DNA of 64,000 nucleotides from the IMG/VR virus record IMGVR_UViG_3300003320_000367, positions 4,819-68,818 of that record; one strand, 5' to 3'. How positions within the stretch are numbered: the stretch's first letter is position 1; each line of letters starts with the position of its first letter. The translations under genes were made by a program, and so were the position numbers. Below, piece after piece: positions 57,715 through 64,000 of this stretch. The notes below the pieces were generated by a model. It did not search any database. It saw only the letters and a program-made list of their open reading frames with translations, and was not told the origin of the DNA. Origin of the DNA: a virus. Its lineage: Duplodnaviria; Caudoviricetes.

Positions 57715-58000
57715 ACGGCGTCTACCTGGTCAAACATGATGAATGCCCTGGTAGGAGGCTTGCCGGCATTTCGAAAGTTTTTTGAAGAATCTTCGTTTGA
57801 CCAGGTAGACCTGAGGATGGGCTGGGCGCGGCCCTACGTGGCCCGTAGGCGGCTCCGCGCGGGCTCTCGGGCCCAACGGGGCTCGGGCCGGTCCTACGGC
57901 CGTTACGCGGCCACGTAACGGGCATGCCGGCATGCGAGCGCCCGAACGCGAGAGAGCCCCGCTCCCTGAGTGGGAACGGGGCTCGGGCCGGTTGGCCGGA

Positions 58001-58201
58001 TCAGCCGCGTGCGATCCTCTCGATCATGGCCTTGGCGTGCGGGCCGAAGTCGTCGGTGGACATGTCGCCAGCGACCATCTCGTCCACGATGTACGTCGCA
58101 TCCTCGCGGTCGATCATGTTGACCATCATCACCGTGTAGATGACATCCTCGCGAACCTCGTCGGCCGACTTGGCTTCCAGCGCGGCCTTGAAGTCTTCCA
58201 T
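58001..58201 (-). CDS. small acidic hypothetical protein
   Basis: CCCCAAGGAGG SD. Confidence 0.7.
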   Translation of the reverse strand: MEDFKAALEAKSADEVREDVIYTVMMVNMIDREDATYIVDEMVAGDMSTDDFGPHAKAMIERIARG

Positions 58202-58309
58202 CTCGCCCTCCTTGGGGACTCGTGCGTTGACCAGATCATCTTACCGTGCGTCTGGAGAAATGGAAACCCCCGACCCTCCGAAGGGAGAGCCGGGGGTCGC
58301 CGGGGTTGG

Positions 58310-58669
58310 TCAGGCGCGGCAGCGGTTCAGCGCCTTGTAGGCCTCCTGCATCGCCTTGCGCTCGGCCTTCTCCATCTCGTTCTGGACCTGGGAGGTGGAG
58401 CCAGCAGCCGGGTTGAACATCAGCTGGTCGGCCGCGTCCTCCAGCCACTCCTCGATGGCCGCCATGCCGGCACGGTTCCAGCGGGTCTGCAGCTTGGCGG
58501 TCAGGCGGGCCGCCGCCTGCGCCTCGATCAGGACCTCCAGGGTGCCGGAGGTGACGATCACACCGGCCGCGAACTGGTCGGTGACGCGGGCCTGAGCGGC
58601 GAGCAGGGCCTGCGCGGCGGACTGGGCGATCTTGGCGACGGTCTCGGCGGTCTTCGCGGAGTTCATCAT
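58310..58669 (-). CDS. Ala-rich helical hypothetical protein
   Basis: CCCCAAGGAGG SD; own promoter. Confidence 0.75.
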   Translation of the reverse strand: MMNSAKTAETVAKIAQSAAQALLAAQARVTDQFAAGVIVTSGTLEVLIEAQAAARLTAKLQTRWNRAGMAAIEEWLEDAADQLMFNPAAGSTSQVQNEMEKAERKAMQEAYKALNRCRA

Positions 58670-58723
58670 GGCGGCCTCCTTGGGGCCTCGGAGGAGAGCC
58701 TTGCGCTCTCCCTTACAGTAAGA

Positions 58724-58753
58724 ACTATACTCCAGTCTGGAGGTTCGCGCTAC
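58724..58753 (-). promoter_or_regulatory. putative early promoter GTAGCG-N18-TATAGT
   Basis: Repeated promoter family. Confidence 0.75.
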
Positions 58754-58829
58754 TCCAGATCGAAGATTCTTTCTACTGCCTCAGGCCCGCACCCCCGAAG
58801 GAGTGCGGGCCGGTTGCCGGCAAGTGCGC

Positions 58830-59186
58830 TCAGCCCTCCAGGGGCAGCGCGGGCGGAACGTACCCGGTCCGCTCGATCGCCACGATCAGCATCGCCCGCA
58901 GCGCGGGGACGTCGGGCGAGTCCGAGTTGACCACGTCGTCGTACAGCTCACGCGCGGTCGCCTCCAGGTCGGTCACCAGCTCCATGTTGTCGGGCGTCAT
59001 CGCGTCGTACATCGCGCAGCTGCAGTAGCTGTGCGACCCGCACCCGCAGCCCGTCGCCTTCAGCGAGAACAGCTCGCCGGTCTCGTCCTTGATCACCAGC
59101 ATCGCGACACCCGCCAGGTCGTACCGCTCCTGCGTGATGTCGACGTCGCCGAGGACCGTGTAGCCGGGGATCGTGTAGTCGCTCAT
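58830..59186 (-). CDS. hypothetical protein (GCGCGSHSYCSC motif)
   Basis: CCCCAAGGAGG SD; own promoter. Confidence 0.75.
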   Translation of the reverse strand: MSDYTIPGYTVLGDVDITQERYDLAGVAMLVIKDETGELFSLKATGCGCGSHSYCSCAMYDAMTPDNMELVTDLEATARELYDDVVNSDSPDVPALRAMLIVAIERTGYVPPALPLEG

Positions 59187-59228
59187 GATGGCCTCCTTGG
59201 GGCTCTTGCTCTCTCGCTTACAGGAACT

Positions 59229-59258
59229 ACTATACTCCATGTGGAGCCGTTTGGCTAC
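59229..59258 (-). promoter_or_regulatory. putative early promoter GTAGCC-N18-TATAGT
   Basis: Repeated promoter family. Confidence 0.72.
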
Positions 59259-59488
59259 TATGCAGCCGACTCAATTTTGCGGATGTGCCCCGCGTAAACG
59301 GCGTCGCCCTTCGCCAGGTGGACGTAGTCCTCGAATCGGTTCCACTCGGGCGTGTCGCCCTTGCAGGCCAGGCCCTTGTAGCACCGCACCCGCACGCGAA
59401 GGACCGTCTCCTCGGGGCGCTGGATGATGCGCCTGGTGATGACGTAGGTGTAGCCCTTGCGATAGATCTCGCGGGTGTTGGCGGCCAT
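59258..59488 (-). CDS. small basic hypothetical protein
   Basis: CCCCGAGGAGG SD; own promoter. Confidence 0.75.
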   Translation of the reverse strand: MAANTREIYRKGYTYVITRRIIQRPEETVLRVRVRCYKGLACKGDTPEWNRFEDYVHLAKGDAVYAGHIRKIESAA

Positions 59489-59520
59489 TGCGTCCTCCTC
59501 GGGGACTTGCTGTTGATAGA

Positions 59521-59551
59521 ACTATACCCCATGTGCACATCTACGCGCTAC
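59521..59551 (-). promoter_or_regulatory. putative early promoter GTAGCG-N19-TATAGT
   Basis: Repeated promoter family. Confidence 0.7.
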
Positions 59552-59629
59552 CCCTTTGTGCAAGCCGGCATGCCGGCAAGGGCAGAGCCCCGGCTCCGCT
59601 GGGGAACCGGGGCTCTTCTTGGTGCCGGG

Positions 59630-59932
59630 TCAGCTGGGGTCGACCAGGACGATCGCCTTCTCGCCGCCCATCTCCCCGGCGTCCACGTACGCGCCGAGCT
59701 CCGTCTGGAGCAGCGTCGCCAGCCACGTGGCGTCCATGTGGGCGGGGACCGCGTAGAACCCGTCCAGGGAGACCTGCTCGTCGATCTTGGCCAGGAGCGC
59801 GTCGCGCTTGCCGACCAGCATGTCCAGCGTGTTCTCCTTCAGGAGGGTCGGAACGGTCGGGTTGGCGACGTCCAGGTCGTAGGACAGGACGGAGATCTGA
59901 ACGGCCAGCTCGTACTTCTCGTGCTCGTCCAT
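59630..59932 (-). CDS. hypothetical protein
   Basis: CCCCAAGGAGG SD. Confidence 0.75.
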   Translation of the reverse strand: MDEHEKYELAVQISVLSYDLDVANPTVPTLLKENTLDMLVGKRDALLAKIDEQVSLDGFYAVPAHMDATWLATLLQTELGAYVDAGEMGGEKAIVLVDPS

Positions 59933-59986
59933 CGGGGCCTCCTTGGGGCCTCGGGGCCGACCCTCGCGGTCGGCCTTACACTAAGA

Positions 59987-60016
59987 ACTATACCCCATGT
60001 GCAGATGGATGGAAAC
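59987..60016 (-). promoter_or_regulatory. putative early promoter GTTTCC-N18-TATAGT
   Basis: Variant of the promoter family. Confidence 0.62.
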
Positions 60017-60142
60017 CTGCATCCTGAAGATTGTTGAAAATCAGTAGGTGGCCGTTTGCCGGCTTGCCGGCACGAGGTCGGACGCGGGTAGCCGAGAGGC
60101 CCTCTCCGGCTGTGGAGAGGACCTCCCTGGGCTTCCTAGGGG

Positions 60143-60871
60143 TCAGCAGGACACGCACACCCGGTACTCGCGACGGGTCGGGATGCCGTAGTACGACGGG
60201 CCGGACTCGCGACCCGGGATCGGCTCCGACACGATCTTGGTGTTGGCGTAGGTCACGCCGCCCTTGCACCGTGCGCAGATGGCCTTGTCGTAGGTCTCCG
60301 GGAACCGGTAGTCGACCGAGACCTCGCCCGGCTTGTGCAGCTCGCGGTGGTCCGTGCCCTGGCTGGTGGCCGGGATGCCCGGCACCTGGACGACATAGGT
60401 GAACCGGGTCTGGCCCCACATCGGATTGACGTTGTCGCCGTGGTCGATCACCCGGACGACCTCGACCTCTCCGGCGGGGCAGACATAGCCGTGGGGGCGC
60501 TCGCCCGGCAGGAAGTACAGCTTGTCGCCGACCTGGTGCTCGGCACCCTCGACGATCTCGGCCTTGGACTCCTCCTGCTGCGCGGCCTTGGCCGCCTCGG
60601 CGATGGCCTCCAGCGCAGCCAGCGCGGCCTTCTCGCAAGTCTTGCAGAGCTTGCGGCCGCCGGTGATGCGAGCGGCGTCCAGAGCGTCCTGCAGGTTGGC
60701 GTAGCTGGCTCCCTGGGCCAGACGGCCACGGGTCAGGACGCCGCAGGCGTTCTCCGCGTAGTAGGCCACGACGCCGGTCTCGTTGATGTTCTCGTCGGTC
60801 TGGTTGCTGGTGGTCTTGCAAGCGATCCCGGCGATGTGGTTGGTGGCTCGGTTGTAGCGGATGCTGAACAT
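60143..60871 (-). CDS. hypothetical protein with Cys motifs and an SH3-like segment
   Basis: CCCCGAGGAGG SD; LCKTC and ICARC. Confidence 0.75.
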   Translation of the reverse strand: MFSIRYNRATNHIAGIACKTTSNQTDENINETGVVAYYAENACGVLTRGRLAQGASYANLQDALDAARITGGRKLCKTCEKAALAALEAIAEAAKAAQQEESKAEIVEGAEHQVGDKLYFLPGERPHGYVCPAGEVEVVRVIDHGDNVNPMWGQTRFTYVVQVPGIPATSQGTDHRELHKPGEVSVDYRFPETYDKAICARCKGGVTYANTKIVSEPIPGRESGPSYYGIPTRREYRVCVSC

Positions 60872-60913
60872 TGGGTGCCTCCTCGGGGCTCCGTTCCCTG
60901 CCTTACGAGAGTA

Positions 60914-60943
60914 ACTATACTCCATCTGCACATGCGACGCTAC
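60914..60943 (-). promoter_or_regulatory. putative early promoter GTAGCG-N18-TATAGT
   Basis: Repeated promoter family. Confidence 0.75.
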
Positions 60944-61109
60944 CCGTTTCCGCAAAATTGTTGAAACGGATTTGCCGGCCTCCTGCAGCCTCCAGGGTGG
61001 CGTCTGGGCTTTAACGGATGCTGCACATGTGGACAGGCCGGCAGACAGGCCCTAGAATGTGCAGGAGCCCCGCTCCCTCCTGTTGGAGGTGCGGGGCTCC
61101 TTGGGTCGG

Positions 61110-61385
61110 TCAGACCTCGCCGTCGTTGTCGGTCAGGTGCTTGAGATCCAGGTCCATCGCGTCCGCATCGGCGCTGGGGTGCTCGATGATCTTGTAGCCC
61201 ACCGCGTTGATGTCGTCGCGAGCGACCCAGTAGGCATATGCCTGGGGCTCGCCGGGGACCGTCTCGACCACCTCGTGCCACTGGCCACGGATCCGGCCGG
61301 TCGGGTCGATGGTGGTGCCGGGGATCTCAGTCGTCGCGCGGACCTTGATCATCAGCTCGTCGTCGGTGTTCTCTGCGTCGAACAT
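61110..61385 (-). CDS. hypothetical protein
   Basis: CCCCAAGGAGG SD; own promoter. Confidence 0.75.
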   Translation of the reverse strand: MFDAENTDDELMIKVRATTEIPGTTIDPTGRIRGQWHEVVETVPGEPQAYAYWVARDDINAVGYKIIEHPSADADAMDLDLKHLTDNDGEV

Positions 61386-61422
61386 CTGGCCTCCTTGGGG
61401 CGCTCTCTTGCTTACGAGAACT

Positions 61423-61452
61423 ACTATACTCCAGCCGGGGTGGAGGCGCTAC
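61423..61452 (-). promoter_or_regulatory. putative early promoter GTAGCG-N18-TATAGT
   Basis: Repeated promoter family. Confidence 0.75.
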
Positions 61453-61474
61453 CCTCCACCCCGACTTTCTTGGA

Positions 61475-61714
61475 TCAGATCCAGGTCTCGCCCATCCAGT
61501 AGCCGGTGCCCATCGCGGCCCAGCTGACGCCCCGGTAACCCTTGGCCTTCATCTCGTTGGAGAGGTTGAGCAGGGCGTCCTCGTTGTTGCGAACCTTGCG
61601 GACCTCCAGCGTCTCGCGCTCCGCGCCGTAGCCGGTCTTGAAGGTGGCGGTCGCCCAGCCGTTGCGCTGGTTGCGGTACTCGATGCGGATCGCGGGGAGC
61701 TGGTTCTCGGTCAT
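61475..61714 (-). CDS. hypothetical protein
   Basis: CCCCAAGGAGG SD; own promoter. Confidence 0.75.
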   Translation of the reverse strand: MTENQLPAIRIEYRNQRNGWATATFKTGYGAERETLEVRKVRNNEDALLNLSNEMKAKGYRGVSWAAMGTGYWMGETWI

Positions 61715-61753
61715 CTGGTGCCTCCTTGGGGCGTTCTCTCGCTTACAGTAAGA

Positions 61754-61783
61754 ACTATACTCCAGACTGCAGTCTTCCGCTAC
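61754..61783 (-). promoter_or_regulatory. putative early promoter GTAGCG-N18-TATAGT
   Basis: Repeated promoter family. Confidence 0.75.
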
Positions 61784-61948
61784 CCCTTTGTGCAACTTTC
61801 TTGAAGATTCTTTTGCAGGCATGCCGGCTTCGATTTTGGGCATCAAACCAAGTCTACTCCATGTCCACATGCCGGCGCTACCCATCGGCCAAGATTCTTT
61901 GGACATGCCGGCACGCCCCGACCCGGAGGCCGGGGCGCAACCCGCAGA

Positions 61949-62134
61949 CTAGCAGCCGAAGCCGTGGGGGTGGGCCATACGGCCGCAGTCCAGGCAGACG
62001 TGGGACAGGCAGTAGCGGAACGGCGGGAGCGCGGCACACGCCGGGCACGCGGCCACACGAGCCGCCGTAAGCGACACCAGCCGGACGTAGAGGGCGGAGA
62101 CGGGCACCAGGACCGGAGCGGGACGAGCGGGCAT
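61949..62134 (-). CDS. small Cys-rich (Zn-finger-like) protein
   Basis: CCCCAAGGAGG SD; CPAC...C...CLDC. Confidence 0.65.
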   Translation of the reverse strand: MPARPAPVLVPVSALYVRLVSLTAARVAACPACAALPPFRYCLSHVCLDCGRMAHPHGFGC

Positions 62135-62165
62135 TTGGACCTCCTTGGGGTCGTTGACGAGTACA

Positions 62166-62236
62166 ACTATACTCCAGATGCCGGCAAAAAGCAACTCTGC
62201 AGTTTTGTTGCCTTCCATGTCGAGATGGCGTATAGT
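62166..62236. promoter_or_regulatory. back-to-back divergent promoters (- strand GTTGCT-N18-TATAGT; + strand GTTGCC-N18-TATAGT)
   Basis: -10 boxes at 62166-62171 (-) and 62231-62236 (+). Confidence 0.7.
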
Positions 62237-62282
62237 TGGTGTTGTGGGCGGGTGGTCCGCCCCGGTCCCCAAGGAGGGCGAG

Positions 62283-62615
62283 ATGGCAACCAAGCACGAG
62301 CTGGCCATGCAGGTGGCGGCGGCTCTCGGTCGGCCCAACGACGACGCGACCATCGCGGCGTACCAGGTGCTCCCGATGGCCGAGCTGGAGGTACAGGCGC
62401 GTGAGCTGCCAGGCGTCGTGGCGCGTCTCCGGGCCGAGGGCCACTGGAACGCCGAGGCGGAGGCGATGCAGGTCCAGCTGATGGACACCGACGAGTGCGA
62501 GCTGTGCGGCGAACCGGCGGACGGCGAGATGGGCCAGTTCCAGGACAGCGACCGGACCGAGGTCGTGTGGTGCCACGCGGGCTGCGGTGAGGACGCCGGT
62601 CTCGACATGTGCTAG
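62283..62615 (+). CDS. hypothetical protein, lone + strand gene in the right arm
   Basis: CCCCAAGGAGG SD; C-terminal CELC...CHAGC. Confidence 0.75.
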   Translation: MATKHELAMQVAAALGRPNDDATIAAYQVLPMAELEVQARELPGVVARLRAEGHWNAEAEAMQVQLMDTDECELCGEPADGEMGQFQDSDRTEVVWCHAGCGEDAGLDMC

Positions 62616-62625
62616 TCCAAATGCA

Positions 62626-62666
62626 AGAGAGCCCCGGTCCCCTGCAGAAGGGATCGGGGCTCTCTG
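62626..62666. terminator. putative bidirectional terminator
   Basis: AGAGAGCCCCGGTCC...GGATCGGGGCTCTCT between convergent genes. Confidence 0.68.
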
Positions 62667-62967
62667 CTTGCCGGCTGTGGCGACAGGGTCGCGTGTCAGG
62701 TGGCTCCTATGCCATGCCGGCAATCTCTTGAGGTTGTGTCCTCAGCTGTTGGTCACAGCCTCGTAGTCTGCAAGGTCGCGGATCACGTCGGTGGTCGGTC
62801 GCTTGCGTCCTGACGGAAGCCTACCTCGTTCGCGCCACGCGGGCTCGCAGACGCCCTCTAGGACGGCTGGAACGCTCGGAGCGGCCGGTTGCCCAGGGTC
62901 GGGCTCGTTCGCTCGGCAGGCGGCCACGGAGGGGCTCGGACAGTCCCACGGACACCATGCGCACTGG

Positions 62968-63273
62968 CTACTCGTCCGAGGCATCCTCGAACTCCTCGGT
63001 GGACATCGTACGCACCCGCTCGTCAAGCAGATTGATGAGGCGCTCGTTCCACGGACTGAACGGGCTCGTGAGGATCTCGAATCCCTCGCTGTTGGACTCT
63101 CGCTCGTTCAGCGTACGAGCCAACATGAGCGCGAGCGTCTCGACTCGGAGCGCCCACGTCTCGTCCGGGCTGAGCCCGTTCAGCTCTGCATACTCTCGGA
63201 CCTCGGCGTCCAAGTAGTTCTGCATAGCGCGCTTCTTGCTGTAGTCACCGAGCTGCATCTTGTCATCCTCCAT
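62968..63273 (-). CDS. hypothetical protein
   Basis: Coupled to the primase stop. Confidence 0.6.
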   Translation of the reverse strand: MEDDKMQLGDYSKKRAMQNYLDAEVREYAELNGLSPDETWALRVETLALMLARTLNERESNSEGFEILTSPFSPWNERLINLLDERVRTMSTEEFEDASDE

Positions 63274-64000
63274 TGAGCGTGAACTTGCCGACTGCTGCAT
63301 CGCCCGTGAGAGCGATGCCCAGAAGCACCTTACGCTTGCTGGAGTCGTCGTTTCCGAGCTTCTTGGTGCCCATCTTGAAGCCCAGCTCTTCCAGTCTGGC
63401 GTAGAACGCCGTAAGCCCCGGCGTGTCGCGCGAACGCTCTGCCTTCGCCCACGCCTGCATGTGCGTGAAGAGGTCCCGCCTCTGCGGCGTGTAAGCCTCG
63501 TCCCCGACGACGACGTCTCCGTCCTCGACGGCCGATGCAAGCCACATCTGCACAACGTCCGCATCCGAGCGGTACGCCATGGATGCAGTCACAACCTGAG
63601 AAGGAGGGACTAGTCCTTCCTCGCGATACAGGCGGAGCCCCTCGACGATCCAGGCCAGGACGCCCTCCTGCTCGCCAGGGAACCCGCCGTCGCCGAGGAT
63701 CTTGTCGGCCAGCTTCTCGTCACGATCGGGGTGCCCCTTGGGGAAGGCGACCGACCACGGGACGACCTGGATGCGGTTCCAGATGGCCTCGTCCTCGGCG
63801 TTGATCCTCGACAGGTGGTTCGTGGCCACGAGCACGAGGCACTCGGGCTGCCAGCGGGTGTTGCCCTCTCGACTGTAGTTGCCTCGCGTGGAGACGCCGT
63901 CGCCGCCCGTGAGCTGCTTGACGAAGCGCTCGTCCAGAGGCTCGTTGGGCGCGAGCTCGCTGCTGACGACGAAGCGCTTGCCCCGGATGGCGTCGCGGTC
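63263..64000 (-). CDS. P4/D5-family primase-helicase, C-terminal part (runs off the window)
   Basis: RFVVSSE, FVKQLTGGD, LVATNH and AIWNRIQVVPW SF3 helicase motifs. Confidence 0.88.
   Translation of the reverse strand, partial: DRDAIRGKRFVVSSELAPNEPLDERFVKQLTGGDGVSTRGNYSREGNTRWQPECLVLVATNHLSRINAEDEAIWNRIQVVPWSVAFPKGHPDRDEKLADKILGDGGFPGEQEGVLAWIVEGLRLYREEGLVPPSQVVTASMAYRSDADVVQMWLASAVEDGDVVVGDEAYTPQRRDLFTHMQAWAKAERSRDTPGLTAFYARLEELGFKMGTKKLGNDDSSKRKVLLGIALTGDAAVGKFTLNGG

Noticed and set aside
62742-63026. 94 aa - strand ORF downstream of 62968
   Set aside because: No convincing SD or start and weak coding signal; left unannotated.
1-64000. tRNA, rRNA, integrase, repressor or att site
   Set aside because: None recognised by eye; a tRNAscan-SE/ARAGORN run and the rest of the genome are needed to exclude them.

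Overview
The whole window is part of one high-GC tailed phage genome, an actinobacteriophage-like siphovirus. A Streptomyces-type host is inferred from gene content and strong GGAGG Shine-Dalgarno (SD) sites. The left arm (+ strand, 1-24.9 kb) carries terminase, portal, head, tail and lysis genes, then a tail-fibre-like gene and a cassette of three glycosyltransferases and two methyltransferases. The right arm (- strand, 25.7-64 kb) carries replication and nucleotide-metabolism genes: DinG-like helicase, RuvC-like nuclease, ThyX-like, DnaE, HAD hydrolase, TerD, SSB-like, AAA ATPase, exonuclease, SNF2 helicase, dCMP deaminase and primase (partial). It also holds a block of small putative early genes. 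No integrase or repressor is seen. The main finding is eight type II hammerhead ribozymes on the - strand between 50.5 and 57.4 kb. Each has the core CUGANGA...GAAA...GUC (one has CCGAUGA) and covarying stems, and each is fused directly to the SD of the next gene. In three of them stem II extends to mask that SD. Two of them also close off paralogous ~400-450 nt non-coding transcripts. All folds and family calls are by eye; no searches were run.
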